DNA from: Antedon mediterranea
Lineage: Eukaryota > Animalia > Echinodermata
Direction: 5' to 3'
Length of the DNA: 64,000 nt
NCBI RefSeq assembly: GCF_964355755.1
Contig: NC_092670.1
Coordinates: 33,096,388 to 33,160,387 of the forward strand
Of this stretch, positions 1 to 11,674 are shown in pieces. Numbering within the stretch: the first letter of the stretch is position 1; each line of letters starts with the position of its first letter. The notes beneath the pieces are model-generated. The model was given only the letters and a program-made list of their open reading frames with translations. It did not search any database and had not been told where the DNA came from. The position numbers and the translations under genes were made by a program.

Positions 1-480
1 TAGGTGACGGTCGCCGTCGCCATCTTCTGATGATGAAGAATCGTCAGAACTACATGTACATGTACGGCCAAATTAATTTCATCGACATTCCATTCAATAT
101 TTCGATTGTTAAACAAAATAGTTTCTCCTTCATTCTCCTCAGTTTCGCATTCCACTATCAATGTTTCCTCTTCTAATTCCTCTGACGAAGAACTGTCAAA
201 ATCATACGCGATATACGTGTTGACATCCTAGTTTGTACAGTCAGCTCAGGCACGCGAAAAAGTTTCTTCATCTCATGACGTCACTATCAGAGGTTACTGG
301 AAAATGCCGAAAAAACCCGAATAGTCGTGAACTGAGAGCAGTTGCGCGAAATAGCAGAAAACACTTTAATTATGTCCTGAAAACTTTTAATTTATTGTCT
401 GTTTAATATCCATCAAGGGGAACAACTATAATACTAGTCTACTATTTTGCATAAACATCAAATACCATGTTCCATGATCT
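1..480. mobile_element. End of a probable Kolobok-like DNA transposon entering from the left
   Basis: Ends ...ccatgatct|TTAA. Homology with copy B starts exactly at this TTAA (single TTAA at ~59168). The other end lies outside the window. Confidence 0.4.
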
Positions 481-1079
481 TTAAAACAGTAATATATTTC
501 ATTTACAATATTGATAAAATCAGGGGCTAGTAAAATTCACTTTTCTATATAAAATCCATTAAAACAGTGATAAAATTCAGTTAAAACAGTGATAAAATTC
601 AGTTAAAACAGTGCTGGAAATATAAATCCATTAGACAACATTGAAACAATGATCTAATGTAGGTTAGTGATTATGTTTAATAGCGAAAACTACTAGTTCT
701 GATCAAAAGTGATTTGAACGTAATATTAATAAAATCATTCCGACATAAAACCAAACTTGTTTTTATACTGAGGAGGAAACGTTTTAGATTATAATTATTA
801 AGTCTAACATCACTTACATTGATAACTGGTATCCATAATCATAATCGTAATCATTATAGAGTGTAAAACCAAGTTTCGTATTCTTCTTTCAATATACGAA
901 TACGATATGCTTTAGTCTATCATCTATCTACTGTCTTTGTTGTTAAATTACTAAGGACTCAAACAAGGTTGTTGTCATTGTAAACGGTTATTCTTTCCAG
1001 CTTGCCTGATAAAAACATCGCTCTCATGTATAATATGTCCCTAATTGAAACACGTGCGTTGATTAGTAAGATATAAATT

Positions 1080-1380
1080 AAAGGAAATGGAAGAATGAGA
1101 AGAGAAAGAAAGAAAAGAATGACCGAAAACAAATAAATTGAAATAATGAAATAAGACAAAGGAATGACAAAAAGAAAAAATGGTAAAAATAAATAGGAAA
1201 GAAAAAGAAAGATTAAAGAAAAAAACAAGAAAGAAAATAATGAAAGAAGAGAAAGTAATGAAAGAAGAGAAAATAATGAAAAAAAAGCAAAAGATGAAAG
1301 AAAATAATGAAAGAAAAAAAAATAATGAAAAAAAAATGAAAGAAATTACAAAATAAAATATGGAAGAAAGGGAATAAAGA
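1080..1380. repeat. GA-rich low-complexity tract (paralog ~59900-60130)
   Basis: Degenerate aaaataatgaaagaa units. Confidence 0.85.
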
Positions 1381-1619
1381 TCTTGTCTCATCCAAAGTTA
1401 TTTGTCTCGTTATTCAGATGAGAGATTAAGCACAAACTTACATAATGCGAACATTCTCTCGATTCTTCATGTCTGTTGTCAGACCACAGCTTAATTATAT
1501 TTTTTTTTGGAAATACAATACTTTATACTTCATTGACAATATCACAAAATAAAAAAGTAAAACAGAACAAACACATTTATTTTGGTTTTCTGTGCTTCCA
1601 TGGTATTAATTATCTTGTC

Positions 1620-1712
1620 TTTTTAGTCACATGCAACTCGGTTGGTCGGTCGGTTGGTTGGTCGGTTTACACCAACTTGAGCAATCGACTGCAGCATTGT
1701 ATATGGCCTTGT
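1620..1712 (+). mobile_element. Short Helentron-type non-autonomous insertion with (GGTC/GGTT)n
   Basis: Present in copy A, absent from copy B (~60275); T-rich insertion site, ttttagtc start, ggccttg end. Confidence 0.45.
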
Positions 1713-3598
1713 GTTTTGCTGTCCTCTTCTGATTCTGTATATAATATAGTATAATACCAATATTATTAAAACATTCTTTTTCTTAACTGGCTAGCCGTCA
1801 ATTTTTTTTTTAGGGAGACCTTCAAATGTTGTTACTTCTTGGGGTTTGCCTATTTATTCTTTATATTAAAATTTGTATTTTTGTTGACATTGAAAGAGAA
1901 AAAAACAGAAAAAAAGAAAATCAATTTATTTATTTATTCAAAATCTAACATTTTCAAGCAGTCGAGTTTTGCTTTTTAGAAATCATGGTGATTAGGCTGT
2001 CGCAGCGTCGAATCAACTGTTTTTAACCTTTCTAACTGTCATGTCAGGAATGAAAGCAGACATTTAATCAATGGATAGCAAAATTAGCTAATCGTCTGGA
2101 AACAGTGTACTTCTCTTAGATTGAAACATTCAATTATATAATACAATTTTTATCAGTAATTATTCAAATAATCCAAACTAACAAACTATGTTGAAATGAC
2201 TCTCCTAGAAATTGTCAGGTAAAACGTTTCAAAAATATATTAATACAAAAAGCATAGATATGTAAACTCACTTTTTGTGTTAAAGATCCTGCTGGTTCTT
2301 TGATGGATCGTGGATCGAAAGTTTCATTTCAGTGAATCTGCTTGTAACAGTTGATATCTGACACTTGGATTCTTTTTGTATATATGTCTTGGCTACCATT
2401 AATAAAATAAAATGCTAGGCGTGAGTAAACGTTATCTTATCGAGTGATGAAGATTATTTCGAGGTCAGTTTTTAGATGGTAGGCTTTAGATCTATCAATA
2501 AGATTTATACATAAAAAAATAATGTGCATTCACTTCTAAACCATGGTTTGTCTTTTAAAAACAATGGTTTGTCTTCGATTAAAAAAAATGCCATAGTTTT
2601 TCTTCTACAAACCATTTTTTTTCCATTTAGAAACCATCATTGTCTTTTAAGGGAGACAAACTGTGGTTTGTAAAAGCAGACTAGAGTTTGTTTGTAGTGT
2701 CTCGAATGGCACCCGTAGTAGACCTAGCGTTAACTGCACAAGCTTATAATTGTATAGGCATACACATTGTATACGTCTATGTTACTTACATTCAACTATT
2801 ATTACAAAATTACAGCGCCTTGTGTTGTTACACGCATCCCTAACATTTGAACATAAAAAGGAAATACATCTACTAGATTCGGTGAGATTTTCAATGGTTC
2901 TTTGTTTGTCAGTTGCAATAATATCGGCTGAATAGTCAACGGTGGCCGTGGGTTTATTGAAAAAAGTTAATACTATCAAATTGTTAGACGGACATGTCAA
3001 AACAGGAGTTTCGATATCCATGGAAAATAAGATGTCTCAGTGACGATAGTGCTTCACTAAAATAGATATTAAATTACTGTGAAACTACAGCTCCCTTATT
3101 GACACTAACATATGTCTTCCATACTTACATATTTCACATATAGCTACAAAATGATGTTCACAGTTGTAATCATTCCAACTTTGTCTATTTCGAACCGAAG
3201 CCACGCAATCTTCGTTGTTGTCCGAATTGCTAGGTTCATTGGATTTCCAATCTAAATGATCAATAACTATAAAACAAACTAAGCAACATTTTCGCCGTCA
3301 CCAGCTTCGTCGTCGTCATTATCATCATCATCATCAGGAACTTTTATATTTTCATAATTATGCGCATGCATTCTGCCAAATTTAAGAACTTGTTCAATGG
3401 CATTTTGCCGTTCGCTCACAAACTACGAGTGAAATATGATTTCATAACACTGAACAAGTTTATCAAACTCACTATCACCATCATCATCATGTATCACCGT
3501 GCTTAAAATACAAGGAGGCGCATTTGGGCCAGGACGGTTGTGAAAGTAACTCCATTACGGGGATTTAATATGTACAAGAAATAAAACCATAGGCCTAC

Positions 3599-3792
3599 TT
3601 GTATAGTTTGAATTGCTTCCTGACAACCACTCAAATTGTCCTCTTTTTAAATCATTGTATCCAATCCAAGCTTTGTTTAGTAAATTCCGGATAATCAATT
3701 GGTTAAGTAGTATCCACAAGTCTTCACTTTCACTTGAAAATTCAACCAAATTCCCACTAAAATTATAGCATACATCTTTCTCGGAATTCCAC
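3599..3792 (-). pseudogene. Truncated extra copy of the first CTLD exon
   Basis: VEFSSESEDLWILLNQ..KAWIGYNDLKRGQFEWLSG..NYT with intact GT donor; 5' part and acceptor missing, replaced by a (CAT)n tract. Confidence 0.8.
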
Positions 3793-3799
3793 TTCGGAA

Positions 3800-3865
<66 letters not shown>

Positions 3866-3872
3866 GTCATCA
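3800..3872. repeat. (CAT)n microsatellite
   Basis: More than 20 CAT units directly visible. Confidence 0.95.
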
Positions 3873-4304
3873 AGGACTTTTAGATTTCCACGTCGACTAT
3901 GGACGACTGATACCCTAAAACGTCATCTTCATAATTATGAGCATGCATACTGCCAAATTTAAGAACTTGTTTAATGATATGATAACTGAAAGGGCAGTGG
4001 ACATTCATAAAGATGTATACATGTGTTTCATAGACTACACCAAGGCATTTGACGAAGTAAGGAATGAGCTGCATCAGCTATCAAGAACTTAGCAAGCTTG
4101 ACCTACATGGAAAGGATCTTCGATTGTTGCAAAATTTGTACTAAAATCAGACTGCATGCATGAGGGTAGATGGAGAGTGCAATGACTACACAAGTATTGG
4201 AAGAGGAGTGAGCCTCAATAGTTAACTACTTTATCGAATGAGAAGGGTTTTAGAGTATGCGGTAGAAATATACCGCATAAACAATATAAACAAATCAGGC
4301 AAAG

Positions 4305-4347
<43 letters not shown>

Positions 4348-4472
4348 CCAAAGGCAAATTCCTGAAAAAAATGAAAATGCTGTGGGTATCAGTGGCTGGA
4401 TCTCAATGGAGATACAAAAATAAAAAGCAAAAAGCTAAATCAAAACGATAAAGAAAACAGCCAGAAAAGTTA

Positions 4473-4509
4473 GCAGAGCTTTCGGGCAACACTAGCCCTT
4501 CATCAGTGC
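4473..4509 (-). ncRNA. Minimal hammerhead ribozyme, PLE family 1 (also 4828-4864 -, 8794-8830 -, 16973-17009 +)
   Basis: gca-CUGAUGA-a-GGGC(uaguguu)GCCC-GAAA-gcUC-ugc: conserved core, stem II and short stem I; palindromic AGCU in place of stem III, as in dimeric PLE hammerheads. Confidence 0.8.
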
Positions 4510-4863
4510 AAGTGAAGGAATTTGGATAACGTCATAGTATAAAGCTGCCAAGTGCTGCCTGGGTGGACAGGATTAAATGGTGACGATACCCGACACGTTT
4601 CTCGGACAGGCGACGTAATTTGGTAAAGTTATCCAAAATAACCTCCATAATTACAGCAAATTCAGATCAAAATTGATACAAACAGTAGAAAATATATATA
4701 AATCCAAAGGCAAATTACTGGAAAAAATGACAATGCTGTGGGTATCAGTGGCTGGATCTCAATGGAGATACGAAAATAAAAAGCGAAAAGCTAAATAAAA
4801 CCGATAAAGTAAGCAGCCAGAAAAGTTAGCAGAGCTTTCGGGCAACACAGCCCTTCATCAGTG

Positions 4864-6219
4864 CATGGATTAAAGAATAAAAGGATATGCATCGACGTGA
4901 GATCAAGGTTCCTTGACTCTCGCCGACAGACCGCGGACCGCCCACAATGTTATTAGTTTAATTAACCGCATGGTAACAACGAAACGTCCGCGTGCCTAAT
5001 ATATTGTTTACTGCACATGTGCAACGACATTTAACCTTGTTGGCTACGCTTCTTTCACGCGTTCTTTGGTGGCATGATGTTTTAGCGCTAGCAACAATGG
5101 CGACGAACAATTTATACGACGACGTATTTAGTTATAACCTGTTACCTTTCTGATGAGGAATTGTAGATGCTATAAATGTAATTAGTATAGGTTTCTGCCG
5201 CGATTGATCTAGGCCTACGCTAATGTTTTTATGACATTAAAGTAGCATTTTATGACCTGTAGTAGCCCTAAATAACTATTTGTTGTCTCAGCCTACATGT
5301 ACAATTACAAAATCAGCAAGGATACTAGGCCTAGGCCTTCTAGGCTTACTAGTAAACCATATGATTTGCCGACATTGATACTGCCTAGGTAGGCCTAGGC
5401 TAATATTAAGTGTAGTAGATACAACGTGTAATCATGAGCTATATACTCACCGTTGTCTTACTTCTTGTGTGAATAATAATAGGTACTTCGTTTGTTCGTG
5501 ATTAAGTTTGCCCTGCGTGTACTTTTCAAAACGACCGATAGGTAACGAATCGCAACTATACATAGCCAGCCAATCCCGGATCAGGGATCGCTGTTTTCAT
5601 TCAATTAGACCCGGTGATTGGATGTGATGTGGATGACATAATCACTAGCCAATCACCAGGCACTACAATTTAAATATAATCACATCGATAAATAAGGAGA
5701 TTTATGAAGAAACCACTGCTTAGCCATATATTAAAAACACGATTGTTGTATGGGTGAACACCGGCCACGATAACAACATACATGGTCAAATGCATAATTT
5801 AATATTCTATAGATTAACGCAATTTTTAATGACAGAAGATGGCAGGCTAATAATGATAATTCAAATATAAAAATTGCATATTTTATTAATATTACCAACT
5901 ACTTTAAATTACCAGTCGTAAGAAAGTGAACTTTTTGTAGTCCGATTGTGATGAAACTAAAACAGAATTATTCAGCAATATATTTTTGTTGTCAATTAAT
6001 CATCGACGCAGACATGTCAATAGAATATTCAGACTGCGCATACAATTTCTACATGGTTACGTTTTGGTCTAAAAAAATGTAACAGTTGAATCGCAGCGGA
6101 GACACGGAGTTCAATGAGCGTGTTTGTTTGATTGGCAGCAGTGTTTTAGTATAGGCAAGCGCGTTGTAAAATCGTTTGATGTCACCGTCGATGCATATCC
6201 TTCTATTCTTTAATCCATG
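4864..6219. mobile_element. P-superfamily non-autonomous element (MITE)
   Basis: ~34-bp TIRs catggattaaagaata(a/g)aaggatatgcatcgacg; exact 7-bp TSD atcagtg (4857-4863 / 6220-6226). Confidence 0.85.
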
Positions 6220-6370
6220 ATCAGTGCAAGTGAAGGAATTTGGGTAACGTCATAGTATAAAGCTGGCAAATGCTGCCTGGGTGGACAGGAATAAATGGTG
6301 ACGATACCTGACACGTTTTTCGGACAGCCGACGTAATTTGGTAAAGTTATCCAAAGTACCCTCCATAATG

Positions 6371-6400
<30 letters not shown>

Positions 6401-6404
<4 letters not shown>

Positions 6405-7568
6405 AAATCAGGCACAGAACATTAATTCTAAACCGCCCGGTGATATACTGAAATTTAATTAATTAATTTGAAACGATAAAGATGAGGAAATCTGTGAGAA
6501 CGAGAAAAAGTCGCCCCAACCGAGACTCGAACTCGGACCGCCTGCTTGATATGCAGATGTCCTAACCATTAGACCACTGGGGCTTTCATGGTATTGTTCG
6601 AACTCGATTGGATAGCGACTCTTTAACATTCTCGGCGTGGTACGGCGGAACAGCACTAGTCATCAGTTGTACGCACGCGCACCAGAGATCAAATTGATAC
6701 GCCCTCATCTTACAGTATTTTTATTCACGAGGCGGGATCTCAGAAGAGATACTTTTATATATATAAACAAATCAGGCACAGAACATTAATTCTAAACCGC
6801 CCGGTGATATACTAAAATTTAATTAATTAATTTGAAACGATAAAGATGAGGAAATCTGTGAGAATGAGAAAAAGTCGCCCCAACCGAGACTCGAACTCGG
6901 ACCGCCTGCTTGATATGCAGATGTCCTAACCATTAGACCACTGGGGCTTTCATGGTATTGTTCGAACTCGATTGGATAGCGACTCTTTAACATTCTCGGC
7001 GTGGTACGGCGGAACAGCACTAGTCCTCAGTTGTACGCACGCGCACCAGAGATCAAATTGATACGCCCTCATCTTACAGTATTTTTATTCACGAGGCGGG
7101 ATCTCAGAAGAGATACTTTTATATATATAAACAAATCAGGCACAGAACATTAATTCTAAACCGCACGGTGATATACTGAAATTTAATTAATTAATTTGAA
7201 ACGATAAAGATGAGGAAATCTGTGAGAATGAGAACAAGTCGCCCCAACCGAGACTCGAACTCGGACCGCCTGCTTGATATGCAGATGTCCTAACCATTAG
7301 ACCACTGGGGCTTTCATGAATACTGTAAGATGAGGGCGTATCAATTTGATCTCTGGTGCGCGTGCGTACAACTGAGGACTAGTGCTGTTCTGCCGTACCA
7401 CGCGGAGAATGTTAAAGAGTCGCTATCCAATCGAGTTCGAACAATACCATGAAAGCCCCAGTGGTCTAATGGTTAGGACATCTGCATATCAAGCAGGCGG
7501 TCCGAGTTCGAGTCTCGGTTGGGGCGACTTTTTCTCATTCTCACAGATTTCCTCATCTTTATCGTTTC

Positions 7569-7572
<4 letters not shown>
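6401..7572. mobile_element. tRNA-containing 364-bp monomer family A: 2.5 tandem minus copies plus one inverted partial copy
   Basis: Units start at 6401, 6765 and 7129 (truncated ~7318); inverted copy 7319-7572; (TA)n flanks and junctions; internal tRNA-like cloverleaf. Confidence 0.85.
7455..7527 (+). other. tRNA-like cloverleaf inside family A (anticodon position ATC); four copies, treated as repeat-borne pseudo-tRNA
   Basis: GCCCCAG/TTGGGGC acceptor stem, TGGTCTAATGG A-box, TCTGC/GCAGG anticodon stem, CCGAG-TTCGAGT-CTCGG T arm, followed by T5. Confidence 0.8.
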
Positions 7573-7616
<44 letters not shown>

Positions 7617-7621
<5 letters not shown>

Positions 7622-8501
7622 CATACTTTAAATTATAGAAACAGTGCTCATATTCGGAACATGATCTCATAATCGCGTCGAGCATAGCTCATTGGCGAAA
7701 GTTCCGTATTTTTTAGTTGTATGAAAAAATGTCTCTGGCGGGATTCGAACCTGCAACCTCTCGCTTACAGGGCGAGTATCATACCACTAGACCACAGAGC
7801 CATGTATGGTATTATCACAGATTTTCACCCACCAGATACGTTCTCTCATACAACAAACGCTCTCACAATCAGTGGAGGCTTAACAAGTCAGAATAAATTC
7901 CAACTTTAATTCGCAACGGTTTTTTAAATAATATTTTGTATATGTAAATCAATGATGTTGCGTAGCACTGTGTAAATTATATATAAATCATACTGTAAAT
8001 TATAGAAACAGTGCTCATATTCGGAACATGATCTCATAATCGCGTCGAGCATAGCTCATTGGCGAAAGTTCCGTATTTTTTAGTTGTATGAAAAAATGTC
8101 TCTGGCGGGATTCGAACCTGCAACCTCTCGCTTACAGGGCGAGTATCATACCACTAGACCACAGAGCCATGTATGGTATTATCACAGATTTTCACCCACC
8201 AGATACGTTCTTTGTATGAGAGAACGTTTGTTGTATGAGAGAACGTATCTGGTGGGTGAAAATCTGTGATAATACCATACATGGCTCTGTGGTCTAGTGG
8301 TATGATACTCGCCCTGTAAGCGAGAGGTTGCAGGTTCGAATCCCGCCAGAGACATTTTTTCATACAACTAAAAAATACGGAACTTTCGCCAATGAGCTAT
8401 GCTCGACGCGATTATGAGATCATGTTCCGAATATGAGCACTGTTTCTATAATTTACAGTATGATTTATATATAATTTACACAGTGCTACGCAACATCATT
8501 G

Positions 8502-8589
<88 letters not shown>

Positions 8590-8640
8590 CATACTGTAAA
8601 TTATAGAAACAGTGCTCATATTCGGAACATATCATTGATT
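7617..8640. mobile_element. tRNA-containing 367-bp monomer family B: tandem minus copies plus fold-back inverted copy
   Basis: Units offset by 367 bp (7621/7988); fold-back near 8215-8230; inverted arm to ~8505; fragment 8587-8640; (TA)n flanks. Confidence 0.85.
8283..8354 (+). other. tRNA-Pro-like cloverleaf inside family B (anticodon position TGT); three copies
   Basis: GGCTCTGTGGTCTAGTGGTATGATACTCGC..GCGAGAGGT..GGTTCGAATCC resembles the eukaryotic tRNA-Pro body; followed by T6; mismatches in T and acceptor stems. Confidence 0.75.
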
Positions 8641-8664
8641 ATATATATATATATATATATACAC

Positions 8665-10296
8665 AAATCCAAAGGCAAATTACTGAAACAAATGACAATG
8701 CTGTGGGTATCAGTGGCTGGATCTCAATGGAGATACAACAATAAAAAGCGAAAAGCTAAATCAAAACGATAAAGTAAACAGTCAGAAAAGCTAGCAGAGC
8801 TTTCGGGCAACACTAGCCCTTCATCAGTGCAAGTGAAGGAATTTGGATAACGTCATAGTATAAAGCTGGCAAGTGCTGCCTGGGTGGACAGGAATAAAAG
8901 AAATATAACAAAGGGAGCCAAGGTGGAGTCTGAATCTGAAGAGTAGAAAAAAAGAAGGTAGCTTGGTAGAGATATAAACAATTTTGGAATGAGACTAAAA
9001 AACAGCTTAAATGGTGGTTAATATTGAAACTTAAATTTTGGTAGTCAATGGAATAATTTTACCGATCTGGGAGTATGTTCCTAATGTAAATTCCAAAAAG
9101 TTTTGTGGTTTTAAGTAGTAATTCCCAGTGGTTTTCTTTGTATTTGCGAGTTTTGTCGCTCCATTTGACATCGTGGTCTATTGCAATAACTCTGAAATTT
9201 GCAATCGGGTGACCAGCTGAAATAAAATGTTCGGCTACATGTTGATCAAGCTTTAATTTTTTGATAGCTGATCTATGTTGTGTCATTCTCATACGGAGAG
9301 TGTTTTTTGTTTCTCCGACGTACTGTTTGCCACAAATATTACAGTTTATGAGATAAATGACGTTTTTGGTTAGACAATTAATTGATTGTCTTATCCGAAA
9401 AATGCGGCCAGTTTGGTTACTCTCAAATTTTTCAGTAGAATCAACCAATGAACAAGTTTTGCAAGATTTGCCGCAAAAGTGACTGCTCAAATTTTGGCTA
9501 TCATAAGAGTTAATTTCACTCTTAAATTTGGATCGGACTAATATATCACGAAGGTTGGGAGGTCTACGAAATGCAATAATGGATGGTTCCCAAAAAACAG
9601 TCCTGAGACGTTCTGTGGACTGTATAATGGGCATATGTTTCTTCTCAATAATAGCCCGTAATGGAGGCAACCTAGGGTGGTAGGTTGTGACCAATGGCAC
9701 TCTGGTCGAATGTTTTGGGTGACGTGGTTTGTACGTCAGTGTTTGACATCGAGGAATATCTTTTGCTTGTTTTATAGCAGTTTCGATGTATTCCTTCTTG
9801 TAATTTCTCTTCCGGAGATGTCCAGTTAGTTCTTCGGTACGATTCTGAAAATCTAAATCTGAAGAACAGATAGGTCTGATACGTAATGCTTGACTGTACG
9901 GTATGTTTTTAGTACAGTGTCGGGGGTGACAACTGCTAGGGAGCAGGTACATATTTTTATCCGTGGGTTTACGGAATAGGTCAGTTTTGAGTGTACCATT
10001 TTCTATGGTCACTATAGTGTCCAAAAAATCAACGCTACTAGTGGATTTGGTAGCTGTAAATTTGATAGTGGGGTGGCCTGAATTAATATTGAGAAGAAAA
10101 GATTCCAAATTATCTTCACCATGGGTCCAGATCATGAAGATGTCGTCAATGTATCTAAACCAAACAAGTGGTTTATTTGGTTGGAGGGACAGAAAATTGG
10201 CCTCAAATTGTCCCATAAATAAATTTGCAAAAGATGGCGCCATTTGTGTGCCCATTGCTGTGCCATGAATTTGAAGGTAATGGTCATTTCCAAAAA

Positions 10297-10298
<2 letters not shown>
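8665..10298 (-). mobile_element. Neptune-like PLE, 5'-truncated (RT C-terminal part + GIY-YIG; ORF 9059-10255)
   Basis: MGTQMAPSFANLFM, WFRYIDDIF, FLD, KPTD, CGKSCKTC linker, NVIYLINC..CGKQYVGET..R..QHR GIY-YIG; hammerhead in 3' repeat. Confidence 0.92.
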
Positions 10299-10343
<45 letters not shown>

Positions 10344-10435
10344 GGTTCAATGTAACCGTCTAAAAAGTGCTCAATACGGTAAAGTAGAGCTAAAATATAC
10401 GTTAAGTCTGGAAAAGAAGTAAAAACTACAGTTTG

Positions 10436-10484
10436 GTCTCTACAGGCTTGTTTCGTGAGTCGTGCAACTCACTCATCAGGAGAC
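10436..10484 (-). ncRNA. Type I minimal hammerhead ribozyme, PLE family 2 (mutated copy at 15654-15702 +)
   Basis: gucuc-CUGAUGA-GUGAG(uugcacga)CUCAC-GAAA-ca(agcc)uGUA-gagac: all three stems and a GUA cleavage triplet. The plus copy reads CUGAUGCA in the core. Confidence 0.88.
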
Positions 10485-11674
10485 TATAATGAGAACAATC
10501 AATTACAACGTTGCTTATAAGCACATTTACTTGTAGAATTAGCATTTACAGGTGATATGTTTTGGAAGGTCAGCTGTTATGTAACAATGCTTTCTGTGCC
10601 GGCAGGCGGACACGAGTTCGTTGCGTTTGTTTAATGTCGATAATTCAGGGTGGCGGATGATAAATAATTTCTCTTTGAGGCAGAGGTTGCATTTTTTGTT
10701 TGCGCTACTGTATGCTTTAGCAGATTCCAAGATGCGCCATGAGATTGAATAGTCTGTGTTGTTGTCCTTGAGTGTCCAAATATGTTTACTGAGTTCGGTT
10801 GAGTTTCTAGAACGTGTATGACGGAATGATGAGGTGTGATTTCTGTATCGTGTTTTAAAATCATTTTCAGTGAGTCCGATAGAAGTTTCCGAGGTAGATT
10901 TGTCTTTGCGTGTAACTGTGGCTTGGTATATTACAGATGATTGTAGGCAATTTCCGTTTAGCGAGCATGTGTTTTTCTGTCGGCAGTTGCATGTTTTGAT
11001 TTCTTGCGTGTTTTCCATGGATGTTGTTTCGGGCTGGTTGAGTATTCTCTTGTTGTGACTGTCTATTATCTGTTTCATATTGTTCATACAACTGTAGCTA
11101 ATCTTGATGGTGTTTCGGTTGAATATTTTTCTTAGTTTGTTATCTTTTGGAAAATGTTTGTCTACTAGGGATAGGAATTTCTGTCCAATGTTTGTGCTGA
11201 CTTTTTTGCTGAACGGTGGGTTGTACCACAGAATGTCGTTTCATTGTCTGTTTTTTTGTCTTGTCTGGGTTACCGGCTCGTATTTTAGTGTGTACTGGTA
11301 TCCACTGTCGTTGAGAGTTTTCTGGTATACAGGGGCGGCTTGGTTGAATGAATTCTTGTCGGATGACAAGGACGAGAGTCGTTTGTTTATTCCGGCGGGT
11401 ATATTTTTTAGGATGGTCGGTGGGTGGTTACTTTGTTGATGGATATACTGTAACGTGGCGTTTGGATTGGTGTAGGGCTGGTATGTGTTCCTCGATAGGT
11501 TTAGTTTGACGTCTAAGAAGTTAATGACTTGTTTGTTTGCTTCTATGGTAATGCGTAGGCCGTTATCTTTGAATATTTGGCATATGTCTTTTTTAATGTT
11601 TTCTGTGCTTTTAGGTGTGGTGTTTGTGACGGCAAGGCCGTCATCTCTGTAAAGTCCTATGTTGATTCCTAGTT

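Larger units (their letters stand above)
481..3792 (+). repeat. Segmental tandem duplication: direct paralog of ~59168-62372 (homology continues at 22415-23414, 27314-27500, 27833-27927 vs ~62000-63315)
   Basis: Colinear similarity across introns, exons, GA-rich tract and 3' flank. Confidence 0.92.
4344..6372 (-). mobile_element. Two tandem ~356-bp non-coding monomers of the Neptune-like PLE terminal repeat (second one interrupted by a P-type MITE)
   Basis: Share ~235 bp with the repeat at 8665-8900, plus ~115 bp not seen there; unit starts at 4344 and 4700; (TA)n flanks; each carries a hammerhead. Confidence 0.85.

Noticed and set aside
959-1395. Phe-rich hydrophobic ORFs (also 59770-60165)
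   Set aside because: Products of GA-rich low-complexity tracts; frames not conserved between paralogs.
6583-6670. CTGATGA...GAAA in family A as a hammerhead, or ATGA/GA as a SECIS
   Set aside because: An imperfect 11-bp stem exists, but there is no stem I or NUH triplet. The ~46-nt loop is too long for SECIS, and other copies read CTGAGGA, which removes the ATGA.
6459-8367. Repeated 61-96 aa ORFs, and authentic tRNA gene calls
   Set aside because: ORFs are read-throughs of tRNA-like repeats. The cloverleafs have atypical anticodon loops (ATC with A32; Pro-like body with TGT and C33) and sit inside repeats, so they are not called functional tRNAs.
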